In this document: piece by piece, positions 9,360 through 18,368 of the stretch
How the letters are laid out: every line of letters starts with the position of its first letter
Position numbering within the stretch: position 1 is the first letter of the stretch
DNA from: Nitrospirota bacterium
GTDB taxonomy: Bacteria > Nitrospirota > UBA9217
Length of the DNA: 64,000 nucleotides
Reading direction: 5' to 3'
Assembly (NCBI GenBank): GCA_963754875.1
Contig: CAVWHO010000013.1
Coordinates: forward strand, 64,001 to 128,000
Position numbers and translations under genes: made by a program
The notes under the pieces: model-generated
Database searches by the model: none
Told to the model about the DNA's origin: nothing
The model's input: only the letters and a program-made list of their open reading frames with translations

Positions 9360-11511
9360 GGACCAAAACCCGGAATTAAGCAGTGAACATCAGGCCAATG
9401 ATCTCTCCATGAGCAGGCGGGAATTCCTCGGCTTGACCGGAACTGGGATCTTTCTGTATTTTGTCATTGGTGAGCTGCCGGCATATGCGCAGGAGCGTCC
9501 CGCTTTCAGACCGCAGATGAACCTGCCGACCGATTTTAATGCCTATCTGCGCATCAGCGAGGACGGCCGCGTGGCCTGCTACACCGGGAAGATAGAGATG
9601 GGCCAGGGGGTGGTGACTTCACTCGCCCAGATGCTTGCGGATGAGCTGGATGTTCCTCTCGATGCCGTTGATATGGTGATGGGCGACACTGACCTATGCC
9701 CCTGGGACATGGGGACGTTCGGGTCAATGTCCACCCGCTTTTTCGGACCGGCCCTCAGAGCGGCCGGTGCCGAAGCACGCCTGGTGCTCTTGGAGCTTGC
9801 CTTGGAACGGCTCAAGATACGCGTTGATACTCTTATGACCAATCAGGGTGTCATAATCGATAAAAAAGATAAAGCCCACAGGATATCGTACGGCGAGCTT
9901 GCCAAGGGCCAAAGGATCGAGCGCCATCTGACGGGAAAGGTCGCAATAAAAAAACCCGGAGAGTTTACGGTCATGGGCAAGTCAATCGTCCGGAGAGACG
10001 CCGGAGAGAAGGTGACCGGCAAGGCGAAATATGCAGGAGACGTTCAAATCCCCGGCATGGTCTCCGCAAAAATTCTGCGGTCGCCTGCGCACGGATCCAA
10101 ATTGGTCAACGTTGACCTGTCAGAGGCGGAGCGCGTTGACGGCGTTCAGGTCATCCGGGACAATGACTTCATCGCCGTTCTGCACAAGTATCCTGATGTT
10201 GCGGAGCTCGCTCTATCGAAGATCAAAGCGAAATTCGACAAACCTGCGGCAACCGTGGATGACAAAACCATCTTCAGCCATCTGCTCAAGGTCGCACCGG
10301 AAGGCACGGTCCTGGCAAAGGACGGCGACCTCGAACGGGGTGCGAAGGAGTCGAGCTCGGTCTTTACTCAGACCTATCTGAATGACTACGTGGCACACGC
10401 ACCGGTCGAGCCGCACGCCGCCGTTGTGAACATAGAGAAGGGCAAGGCCACTGTCTGGGCATCGACACAGAACCCCTTCGGCCTCAAAGAAGAGGTTGCC
10501 AGGGAAATCAGTATACCTCCGAAGAACGTGAGGGTCATGCCGGTCTTTGTGGGCGGAGGCTTCGGCGGGAAGACAAACAACCGGCAGGCTGTGGAAGCCG
10601 CACGCTGCGCAAAATTATGCGGCAAGCCGGTCCAGGTTGCGTGGACCAGAAAAGAAGAATTTTTTTACGACACTTTCCGGCCGGCCGCAATGGTCACCAT
10701 AAAATCCGGCATAACTGACAAAGGCAAAATAAGCCTCTGGGACTATCACGTCTTTTATGCAGGCGAGCGGGGCGCTCCGCACTTCTATACCATCCCGAAC
10801 CACAGCACGATCGCACACGGCTTGAACTGGCTCGGCACTCCGGGCTCCCATCCCTTTGCCACGGGACCCTGGCGTGCGCCGGGGAACAATACGAACACCT
10901 TTGCCCGGGAATCCCAGATCGACATCATGGCAGCAAAGGCGGGTGTGGACCCCCTGGAATTCCATTTGCGAAACCTGGCTGACCCGAAAATGCAGCGCGT
11001 GTTGCGCGCGGCTGCGAAGAAATTCGGGTGGAGACCGGGGAAGGCGCCGAGCGGAAGGGGCCAGGGTGTTGCCTGCGGACTGGACGCGGGCACTTACGTG
11101 GCCGTTATGGCTGAACTCGCAGTTGATAAAACGGGGGCAGTCAAGGTGAAGCGCGTGGTGTGCGTGCAGGACATGGGGCTGGCAGTAAACCCGGAAGGCG
11201 CAGCGATCCAGATGGAAGGAGCAGTTACCATGGGCCTGGGCTACGCTCTCAAGGAGCGCGTTCGGTTCATTGACGGTGATATCAGGGAGCGCAATTTCGA
11301 TACCTATGACCTGCCCCGGTTCTCCTGGGTGCCGAAGATCGAGACCGTGATCATTGACGATAAAAACAGCGCACCGCAAGGCGGGGGCGAGCCGGGGATC
11401 ATCACGACCGGCGCTGTACTCGCAAACGCCATCTATGATGCCATCGGGGCAAGGCTTTTCCAGTTGCCTATGACGCCGGAAAGGATTAAGGAAGCCCTAA
11501 GGAAGGGGTAA
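9352..11511 (+). CDS. Mo-hydroxylase molybdopterin-binding subunit (isoquinoline 1-oxidoreductase beta-like), Tat-exported
   Basis: SRREFL Tat motif; EMGQG, GGGFGGK, WRAPG and GGGEP motifs. Confidence 0.92.
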   Translation: MNRDQNPELSSEHQANDLSMSRREFLGLTGTGIFLYFVIGELPAYAQERPAFRPQMNLPTDFNAYLRISEDGRVACYTGKIEMGQGVVTSLAQMLADELDVPLDAVDMVMGDTDLCPWDMGTFGSMSTRFFGPALRAAGAEARLVLLELALERLKIRVDTLMTNQGVIIDKKDKAHRISYGELAKGQRIERHLTGKVAIKKPGEFTVMGKSIVRRDAGEKVTGKAKYAGDVQIPGMVSAKILRSPAHGSKLVNVDLSEAERVDGVQVIRDNDFIAVLHKYPDVAELALSKIKAKFDKPAATVDDKTIFSHLLKVAPEGTVLAKDGDLERGAKESSSVFTQTYLNDYVAHAPVEPHAAVVNIEKGKATVWASTQNPFGLKEEVAREISIPPKNVRVMPVFVGGGFGGKTNNRQAVEAARCAKLCGKPVQVAWTRKEEFFYDTFRPAAMVTIKSGITDKGKISLWDYHVFYAGERGAPHFYTIPNHSTIAHGLNWLGTPGSHPFATGPWRAPGNNTNTFARESQIDIMAAKAGVDPLEFHLRNLADPKMQRVLRAAAKKFGWRPGKAPSGRGQGVACGLDAGTYVAVMAELAVDKTGAVKVKRVVCVQDMGLAVNPEGAAIQMEGAVTMGLGYALKERVRFIDGDIRERNFDTYDLPRFSWVPKIETVIIDDKNSAPQGGGEPGIITTGAVLANAIYDAIGARLFQLPMTPERIKEALRKG

Positions 11512-11549
11512 GCGTAGAGAAGAGAGAAGCTGCGATGAGGAAGGGCCGT

Positions 11550-12857
11550 TCACTCTTCGTGATCATCCTTGCCAACGAGCTTCCTGTTGATGCCGGAGAG
11601 CCGTGCAAGCAGCGTGTTCAAAAATTCTTTCGTAAACTTCAGCTGGCAGTAGACCGAGGTGCTTTCAAGACTCTCGTTGCTGATCTTCAGGGCAGTCACA
11701 TCGCCCCCTGCCTCGATGCTTGCGGTGCGCGGTCGCTTTGAGATATATGCCATTTCCCCGAAGCAATCGCCTGCCCGCAACGCGGCTATGTGTTCCCCTC
11801 CAACCATCACCGAGACGTCACCATAGACGAGCACATAGAACGAATCATCGAGGTCGCCTTCGGATATGATCACCTGGCCTGCCGAATAGTCGAGCCACTC
11901 GCCCGCGTTAATGACCTCGGACAGCTCGATTTCGAAAAAGTCCCTGAAGAACCGCAGCTTCTTGAGCCGCTCAAGCTTCTCCCGCATGTTCACGTCCGTG
12001 GTCACGACGACATGAACGAGTTTTTTATGGATAGCGTTCAGGTCCGAGGCCAAGTCCGCCGCGCTCTGGTACCGGTCTTTCACCTTTTTGGCCAATGCCT
12101 TTTTAACGATCGGCTCAAGGATGTCCGGCACGTCGGGGCGGAACTGCCGGAGCAACGGGGCCTCGTTTGTCAGGATCTGCTCGATCAGGTCGTGCTGGTC
12201 CTTGCTCGAGAACGGTCGATGCCCCGTCAGCAGGCCGAACAAGACCACGCCGAGCGAGTAGATGTCGGCCTGATGGTTGACCGGTCCTCGCCGAAGCCGT
12301 TCCGGGGATATGTGCGTCGGCGTACCGAGAATATGTTCCAGGTAGAGGTGCTCGGTGTCCGGATGCAGTATCTTTGAGAGCCCGAAGTCGGCCAACCTCA
12401 CTGTGTCGTCGGGAGTCAGCAGGATGTTGCCGGGCTTGATGTCCAGATGGATGACATTGCGCGAGTGGGCGTACTGAAGTCCTTTGCAGCATTGGTACAA
12501 GAGCTCCACCACTTTCGGGATCGGCAGGAGATTGTCGGGCAGGCAGTAGGGGTACAGCGTCCTGCTGTTTTCAATGTATTCCATGACGAGATAGTACAGG
12601 TCCCCGTCCTGGCCGGCGTCGTATACGGGGAGGATGTTTCGGTGGTCGAGCATCCCGTAGATCTGGGCCTCAGTAAAGAAGAGTTCTACGAGGCGCTGCC
12701 TGATATTTTTGTCGGTCAGCGATTTTGGGTCCGTGACCTTGATGGCCACGTTCCTTTGCATGTAGGGGTCATAGGCCCGGTAGACCGTGCCCATGCTTCC
12801 TTTGCCGATCTCTTCGACGATGCGGAACTTTCCTATTTTTGATGGTGCTTCGCTCAT
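11550..12857 (-). CDS. Hanks-type Ser/Thr protein kinase with C-terminal cyclic-nucleotide-binding domain
   Basis: GKGSMG, VAIK, HLDIKPGN, DFG and SPE motifs; cNMP motif FGEMA...PRTA. Confidence 0.93.
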   Translation of the reverse strand: MSEAPSKIGKFRIVEEIGKGSMGTVYRAYDPYMQRNVAIKVTDPKSLTDKNIRQRLVELFFTEAQIYGMLDHRNILPVYDAGQDGDLYYLVMEYIENSRTLYPYCLPDNLLPIPKVVELLYQCCKGLQYAHSRNVIHLDIKPGNILLTPDDTVRLADFGLSKILHPDTEHLYLEHILGTPTHISPERLRRGPVNHQADIYSLGVVLFGLLTGHRPFSSKDQHDLIEQILTNEAPLLRQFRPDVPDILEPIVKKALAKKVKDRYQSAADLASDLNAIHKKLVHVVVTTDVNMREKLERLKKLRFFRDFFEIELSEVINAGEWLDYSAGQVIISEGDLDDSFYVLVYGDVSVMVGGEHIAALRAGDCFGEMAYISKRPRTASIEAGGDVTALKISNESLESTSVYCQLKFTKEFLNTLLARLSGINRKLVGKDDHEE

Positions 12858-13115
12858 GATTTATGAACCTGAAAAAAATGTCGTCAATTGGCACGGATGA
12901 AAAGGGACATCAGAAGAAAGAGAGCGGATGTCTTCGCTTCTACATCATTTCTCTCCAGGCTTTCCTTGTATAATTCGTTTTATAATACAACTCGGCGCTT
13001 ATGTGGTCAAGAAGGGTTTGCAGGGACTGAGGAAGGGAACAAGAAAAAACGTTGTTCCTGGAAATCGTTGGGCAAGGTGAAGCTTTTTGTCAAACCTATT
13101 GGCGAACACATCCCT

Positions 13116-13965
13116 TTACCGCGTGAACAGGTCCGAGATCTTTGTGATATCCGGCGCTACGTAATGTATGACCCAGGCTGCTGCGAAGGAGATTAGGAGT
13201 ACAACGAGAAAGGGTTTATAAGTGTCTTTGAACACACTGCCTATCCAGTCAGGGTGGTTTATTTTCCTGTAGCTCCGGATAAGGCTGGAACCGAGCAGAA
13301 AGTCGAAGGCCGCCTCGGACAGGATATGAGGCGCTATATAAATGAGGTAGATTGCCGATCCGAAGACCGCTGCCAGGAGCACGATGATGGCGACGAGGAT
13401 CATCCAGCCGTCATCGAGATCGAAGATGCCTGACGCTGCATTGCCGACCGCATCACCTACGCCGGATGCCGAGTCCGCAGCACTGGAAGAGGGGGGCACG
13501 AAAGCCGCCTGCACATTCGTCACCGGGCCGTCGAACGCGCCCGTTGCTCCGCCACCGCCGCCCGTCCCGCCGCCTCCCTTGCCGAAACTCTGGAATTTCC
13601 ACATCGGGCCCGGAGCCACCGCCGGACAAGTTCGGCAGATCGGAAAGCACATCTCCGGCAACATCGGGACCCTTAAACGCCTGGGAAGCCGACATATAAG
13701 CCAGCCACAGCTTTACGAACAGAAAGAATGCGAGATAGGCACAGAGCACGGTCAACGGATAGCGGACGACGATGTTGTCCACCTGCAGGAGGAGAAGCAG
13801 CTTTGAAGCCAGGAGTCCGGACAGACCTGTTGCCAGCAGGATCAGCGACATATGGAAACGGAGAAAGAACCGTTCCTTGAGTTGGCGCATGAACGACCGC
13901 ACCTTCTTGCCGCTTTGCTTACCTTGTTGAGCGGCGGGAATGCTTTTATTATCATGAATAGTCAT
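13116..13965 (-). CDS. Hypothetical membrane protein with Gly-rich loop (one frameshift near 13650)
   Basis: ORFs 13453..14211 and 13116..13664 join into one multi-TM protein. Confidence 0.65.
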
Positions 13966-13982
13966 AGAGTGATAGCTGGGGA

Positions 13983-14042
13983 ACAGAACACGCCGGTCAC
14001 GCGCCGCCTTTTGGCGCGTCGCTGTGGACCGGCAGGTTATCC
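13983..14042 (-). other. attC: attC site 6 (last in the array)
   Basis: Top strand GGATAAC ctgcc ggtCcac ... gtgacc ggcgt GTTCTGT; R'' is the exact complement of the cassette start GTTATCC. Confidence 0.9.
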
Positions 14043-14471
14043 TTTTGCTATTATGTATGCCTTTACGTCGTGCCGCATGAAGTAGACGAATATTAGAACA
14101 TTTACAAGGCAAAGAGAAATTACCAGTAAAGAGGGCAAGCTCAAAAACGGAATCGTTGAGGCAACTGGCAGGTAATAGTAAATTGTCGTGATCAAGCTGT
14201 ATAACACACAAATCAAAATTGATATTCGTCCAATCTCTTTTAGTTTAAAGATCCAAATGCCCGCAACGATTAACGCGAGGCTTTGTATGAGCCAGATCGT
14301 ATCAGAAATAGACGTATCGCCTTGGGCCTCGAACGCTGTCTTCAGCTGAGGTATGGCTGACATCAGAAATAGTATCGCACTGCCGATTATTCCAATGCAG
14401 CCTAGAAAAATGCAAACACCTCTAAACAAAGTAAAGAATTTCGGCCGAGTATTTGAAGTTGAAGGTTTCAT
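14037..14471 (-). CDS. Cassette 6: 4-TM hypothetical membrane protein
   Basis: Four hydrophobic segments; AGGAGG RBS; stop codon lies inside attC R''. Confidence 0.8.
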   Translation of the reverse strand: MKPSTSNTRPKFFTLFRGVCIFLGCIGIIGSAILFLMSAIPQLKTAFEAQGDTSISDTIWLIQSLALIVAGIWIFKLKEIGRISILICVLYSLITTIYYYLPVASTIPFLSLPSLLVISLCLVNVLIFVYFMRHDVKAYIIAKG

Positions 14472-14488
14472 GTGCCTCCTAAACGAGC

Positions 14489-14546
14489 GGATAACGCGCG
14501 GGTGAGCCGCGTGTTTTTCGCGGCGGTCTCGACCCGCTCGTTGGTT
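14489..14546 (-). other. attC: attC site 5
   Basis: AACCAAC gagcg ggtCgag ... ctcacc cgcgc GTTATCC. Confidence 0.9.
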
Positions 14547-14906
14547 CTAATCTCGGGATAAGCGTGCTGCTTTTTCTTTGCCTAACTCAGAAAGAACCCA
14601 CGTTCCGTAAGGTGAATGCGACGGATCAAGCAGTAGACCCTGTTTGACAAGCTTCCTCTTTGCCCAGTCTATATTATGTATCCAACGCTCCTTCGGTGGT
14701 CGCTGGCTCGTCAAAAGGGCATAGTCCGGCTCAGTAAATTGATTTGAATACGTACCATGAATTGTTTTGATTATTTCCTGTCTTTCCGCTTGAGCTCCTG
14801 CAAAGTGAATAAACGCAATAATTATTTCAAGAAATTCATCCTGCTCTATGCTCCCCAAAGACCCGCGACGAAGTCGTCTGCTTTTGAAATAATCAGGAAT
14901 TTGCAT
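14547..14906 (-). CDS. Cassette 5 gene B: stand-alone Mrr_N-like winged-helix protein
   Basis: ERWIHNIDWAKRKLVKQGLL...SPYGTWVLSELG resembles the Mrr N-terminal domain consensus (WAR.YL.KAGL...RG.W.LT..G). Confidence 0.7.
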   Translation of the reverse strand: MQIPDYFKSRRLRRGSLGSIEQDEFLEIIIAFIHFAGAQAERQEIIKTIHGTYSNQFTEPDYALLTSQRPPKERWIHNIDWAKRKLVKQGLLLDPSHSPYGTWVLSELGKEKAARLSRD

Positions 14907-14933
14907 TTATAACCTCCTGCCGGTCCTAGGATT

Positions 14934-15461
14934 TTAAAATTCATGGTTCGGGGCAAAGTCTTTCACCGATTCGAGAACGGGGTCGTAAAGCAATATCCAT
15001 AGATTCAGGTGCATTCTTAAGGAAGGACGAACGCGCTGCTTTAATTCACGGAGGTAGTGTGGTGAAGCGGGGAGTGCAAGACCAAGAAATAATTTCGCAT
15101 TTTTGACTTCTTCAGAATTGGAAAGTAATGTATAAGGGGGCAACTCGAAATATGTGACCACACTCGCTAGAGCACGATCAAAATTGTTTCTTTGAGTTTG
15201 ACTTGTTCCAGAACCGCTCCCTTTGCATTCGATACGCCACCATTCTTTTTCAGAAATACCCTCTATATCGGCACCTGAGGCGGAAAAGACAGGATTAATA
15301 CCGGCAGATGCAAATTTTTGTGAAATGGATGATAAAACTTCTGATGAATTTATACCTCTGCCGCGAGCTACTGAAAATCTGTATGGTATTACACCACGAT
15401 TAATCAGGAAATCGGTCGTCTTTTTCAGCACCGTCGATTCTTCAACGATAGGGAATGACAT
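14934..15461 (-). CDS. Cassette 5 gene A: PD-(D/E)XK restriction-like nuclease
   Basis: N-terminal helix with E, then GADIEG...WWRIECKG nuclease core. Confidence 0.65.
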   Translation of the reverse strand: MSFPIVEESTVLKKTTDFLINRGVIPYRFSVARGRGINSSEVLSSISQKFASAGINPVFSASGADIEGISEKEWWRIECKGSGSGTSQTQRNNFDRALASVVTYFELPPYTLLSNSEEVKNAKLFLGLALPASPHYLRELKQRVRPSLRMHLNLWILLYDPVLESVKDFAPNHEF

Positions 15462-15479
15462 ACGACCTCCGATTTTTCA

Positions 15480-15538
15480 AACTGACGCCGCCGTGAGGGG
15501 CGCGCCCTTTAGCGACCCTCTCGACGGCGTGGTTGGAA
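15480..15538 (-). other. attC: attC site 4 (non-canonical R' GTC)
   Basis: TTCCAAC cacgc cgtCgag ... ctcacg gcggc GTCAGTT. Confidence 0.85.
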
Positions 15539-15540
15539 TA

Positions 15541-15900
15541 TTATTTATTTTCTTTCGCTTGTAGTTTGACTATATGTTTATCAATAGCGGAGATATCTGA
15601 AAGCCAGTCACTTGGATTCTTTAACGCATTGTTGATTCTGTACTTGATAAATTCGTCCTTTGCTCGCAAATAGGATTTGAGCGCATTCGCATTTTCACCC
15701 ATCTTGGTATATGAACTTGCCATTTCTTTGTAAAATAACGGGATCACAATTCCAATAAATTTTGCGTCCAAATCCAATTGGATTATGTGATTGCAGCTTT
15801 TGATTACACCAGCCCAGTTCTTGTTCTTTTTACTTTTTCGTAAATCAGTTCTCAATTGTAGCCATTTTTTAAACAATTCATCATTCCAATCGGCTGACAA
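15541..15900 (-). CDS. Cassette 4 gene B: small helical TPR-like protein
   Basis: TTG start with GGAG RBS; YKEMASSYTKMGENANALKSYLRA is TPR-like. Confidence 0.6.
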   Translation of the reverse strand: MSADWNDELFKKWLQLRTDLRKSKKNKNWAGVIKSCNHIIQLDLDAKFIGIVIPLFYKEMASSYTKMGENANALKSYLRAKDEFIKYRINNALKNPSDWLSDISAIDKHIVKLQAKENK

Positions 15901-15911
15901 GGCATTCTCCC

Positions 15912-16865
15912 CTAAAGTTGAGTCTCTGTAATGGAATTAAAATGAATGAATATATGGTCAGATTCATTACGCACGTAGTCGTTTAATGCAAAATTGACCG
16001 CAGAATATCGCACCATTCCCGCGGCTGTACCATCGTGATAAATATTGGGGAAAGCTGGCAAAGTTAGCTGTTTGCCAATCAAATGACAATCTTTATTCGA
16101 AAAGGGAAGGGCAATTTGAAATGTAAAATTAGAAAAAGCTATAAAGAAGATCGTATATGGCAAGTCGGCTGTATCTACTTTTCTTTTTAAGAGTGTGGCC
16201 ATAATGAATGGGAATGGTTTGGGTCCGGGAGTAAAAGAGCATATCGTGCTAAATGGACCGGCCGCAGCAACAGGATCGTTTTGCGGATTTTCTATCAGAA
16301 GCCATTTTATCGTATCGGTGAAATATGGTAATTCACTATCGGGTAAAATAGATATGCCCATCTTGACGAGGCATTTAAAAACAGATCGTGGTATATATGG
16401 CTGGCGGTAGCCTCGTATTTTAACCCTTTTATTGTCCAGATCGAGTTCAATAAAGTTGTCATCAGGGTGATAAATTATTTCTATCCGATTATTGAGACTA
16501 TCTATCCGGGATTGTTGTGACTGAGATTTATAAGATGGCCTTTTCTTACCTTTAATTTGTGTGATTGCGCGTGCGAGAAGCGTGTACTTTCCCAAATGAT
16601 CTTCGATTGTTCTACTGAAACGTTCATTACAAATATCGCACTCGGAATTAGATATCAGTTCTCTATTACCTATCAATTCAGGGAACGCGTGTGCTTCCAG
16701 TCTAAATTTGCTCGGATCATTTTCACCACAAAAACGACATTGTCTTTTTGTTTTATCTCCTATATACAATTTGCGACCGGAATTCAAAGGCAGAGGTGCC
16801 AAATAATAATTCTCGTCATAGAACTTGATCATCTCCTGCATTTCCTTGGAAAATACATGGTCCAT
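15912..16865 (-). CDS. Cassette 4 gene A: HNH endonuclease (HNH_5-like)
   Basis: CRFC...AHAFPELIG...ECDICNERF; start set to the first ATG downstream of attC 3. Confidence 0.8.
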   Translation of the reverse strand: MDHVFSKEMQEMIKFYDENYYLAPLPLNSGRKLYIGDKTKRQCRFCGENDPSKFRLEAHAFPELIGNRELISNSECDICNERFSRTIEDHLGKYTLLARAITQIKGKKRPSYKSQSQQSRIDSLNNRIEIIYHPDDNFIELDLDNKRVKIRGYRQPYIPRSVFKCLVKMGISILPDSELPYFTDTIKWLLIENPQNDPVAAAGPFSTICSFTPGPKPFPFIMATLLKRKVDTADLPYTIFFIAFSNFTFQIALPFSNKDCHLIGKQLTLPAFPNIYHDGTAAGMVRYSAVNFALNDYVRNESDHIFIHFNSITETQL

Positions 16866-16898
16866 TTTGGTTCCTTGTTTGTTGCCTGAATTTGATCG

Positions 16899-16956
16899 GT
16901 ACAACACGCGGGTGAGGAGCGTGCCTTCCGCGACTCACTCGACCCGCAGGTTGATT
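16899..16956 (-). other. attC: attC site 3
   Basis: AATCAAC ctgcg ggtCgag ... ctcacc cgcgt GTTGTAC. Confidence 0.88.
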
Positions 16957-17693
16957 TACGTTCCTTTTTTTGGTGTGCGTTCCTTAAAATATTCTTTCAC
17001 TGCATCGGCAAGTAAAGCGGCAACTTTATCAAGCGAAGCGTCATCTATTGCGAATTGTTGTTTGGAAGTAGATGAGATGCGAAAATCTATCAGAATAGTA
17101 GGCAACTGTGCGTTTTTGAGAAGATAATCCTTCCCCCTGCGCAATTCGACACAGTCGTGTGATGATTCTTTAAATTTCCGTGAAACAATATCGGCTAGAA
17201 ATATACTTTCTTCTATGATGTCATCAACTTTAAGATCATTATATATTTTGTCCAGGAGAGGGTCTAGTTCTTCTGCTTTGGCAGTCTTGCTGCTAGTTTG
17301 TGGTTTTCTGATTGGGATAGATGGAAACAATATTTGCACGCAATCCTTACTTGCTCTGCTTACCTTGAGCGCAAGGTGAATGTCGGCTCTCTTTGACTTT
17401 CCCTGAAATAGTCTGTCATCAAGAGTAACAAACTTATCTTCGGAACGAGTAAGATAAATTTTGAATTCAGCTACATTTAGCAAACCTTGAAGTTTTTGAG
17501 CTATCTCGAGGGTTATATTCTTGCCATATTTTTTCTGTGCGATAAAGGGACCGCTTTCCTTCCCTCCATACCACGGGTCAATAATGATTGTCTTTTGACT
17601 ATTCGAAGATGTGTCAGCGCTGCTGGCGGCTAGTGGCCCGAGGAGTTGAATACAAAAGATAAATATTATAAAGGCAGCCAATTTATGTTTCAT
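16956..17693 (-). CDS. Cassette 3: secreted Amidase_3-fold protein with degenerate active site
   Basis: Signal peptide; IIIDPWYGG, YLTRSEDKFVTLDDR and YLLKNAQLPTILID follow the AmiA/CwlC scaffold but lack the Zn ligands. Confidence 0.75.
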   Translation of the reverse strand: MKHKLAAFIIFIFCIQLLGPLAASSADTSSNSQKTIIIDPWYGGKESGPFIAQKKYGKNITLEIAQKLQGLLNVAEFKIYLTRSEDKFVTLDDRLFQGKSKRADIHLALKVSRASKDCVQILFPSIPIRKPQTSSKTAKAEELDPLLDKIYNDLKVDDIIEESIFLADIVSRKFKESSHDCVELRRGKDYLLKNAQLPTILIDFRISSTSKQQFAIDDASLDKVAALLADAVKEYFKERTPKKGT

Positions 17694-17705
17694 ATTGATC
17701 CTCAA

Positions 17706-17759
17706 AACTAACGCCGACGTGAACGGCGCGAAGCGACCGTTTCGACGGCGTGGTTAAAA
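17706..17759 (-). other. attC: attC site 2
   Basis: TTTTAAC cacgc cgtCgaa ... ttcacg tcggc GTTAGTT. Confidence 0.9.
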
Positions 17760-17780
17760 ATTCAGGGAGGATATATTCAA

Positions 17781-18047
17781 ATGGAAACATGGTACAAATA
17801 TTCATCATCAGCGTGGAGAAACGAACCGCACATTGTTCCGGTGCAGGTAGAAAAATCGTCTGCATCCTCTGTTTGGATCAATGGTAGGCCGGTGCGATTG
17901 CAGTCTACCTATGACAATTACTTCCGCACGTTCGATGAGGCGAAACAGTATGCAGTAAACAAATTCACAAAGCGAGTTGAACAACTCAAAGAACAGCTTT
18001 TGAGAGCAGAAGGTACGCTGAAAGAAGTACGGGATCAAACTATTTAA
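17781..18047 (+). CDS. Cassette 2: antisense-oriented 88-aa hypothetical protein (phage-like)
   Basis: GGGAGG RBS; ORF fills the interval between attC 2 and attC 1; C-terminal coiled coil. Confidence 0.7.
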   Translation: METWYKYSSSAWRNEPHIVPVQVEKSSASSVWINGRPVRLQSTYDNYFRTFDEAKQYAVNKFTKRVEQLKEQLLRAEGTLKEVRDQTI

Positions 18048-18096
18048 CGCGGCGGTCACAAGCCGCAGGCGGTCTTTGTGGACCGCCTTGTTATCT
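18042..18096 (-). other. attC: attC site 1
   Basis: AGATAAC aaggc ggtCcac ... gtgacc gccgc GTTAAAT. Confidence 0.88.
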
Positions 18097-18119
18097 TTGT
18101 TGTAGAAAGGAGAAGCACA

Positions 18120-18299
18120 ATGTCGGAATCAAAATATGAATCATTTGCATCCATCAGCGAACTAAAGCCGGGCATGATAGTTCGCGGAAAATCAACCGGA
18201 CAGGCGTTTATGGTCATTGTAAACTTTGGGGACCGAGTTACCGCCGTAAGTACGGCAGACGTAACGAATCCCGATGAGTGGGAAGTTTTAAAAAAATAA
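18120..18299 (+). CDS. Cassette 1: antisense-oriented 59-aa hypothetical protein (small beta-barrel-like)
   Basis: AAGGAG RBS; ELKPGMIVRGK resembles KOW/SH3-like starts; stop codon lies inside the attI core. Confidence 0.65.
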   Translation: MSESKYESFASISELKPGMIVRGKSTGQAFMVIVNFGDRVTAVSTADVTNPDEWEVLKK

Positions 18300-18312
18300 C
18301 AAGTAATTAGTC
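18294..18312 (-). other. attI: attI core site
   Basis: Top strand GACTAAT-TACTT-GTTATTT (7-5-7 geometry as in attI1 CCCTAAA-ACAAA-GTTAGGC); GTTATTT nearly complements R'' AGATAAC of attC 1. Confidence 0.75.
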
Positions 18313-18321
18313 TTTCGGGAT

Positions 18322-18352
18322 ACAGTAGCATAGAACGGGCAAGCCAGTCAAT
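18322..18352 (-). promoter_or_regulatory. Candidate cassette promoter Pc
   Basis: TTGACT-18 nt-TACTGT with extended TG, pointing into attI. Confidence 0.45.
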
Positions 18353-18368
18353 GAGTTTAAGAAAGAAC

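Noticed and set aside
13116..13965. Membrane-protein gene as a seventh cassette of the array
   Set aside because: No attC follows it and its base composition looks host-like
13983..18096. CRISPR array interpretation of the recurring hairpins
   Set aside because: The repeats are divergent, separated by whole genes and have attC architecture; no cas genes are present
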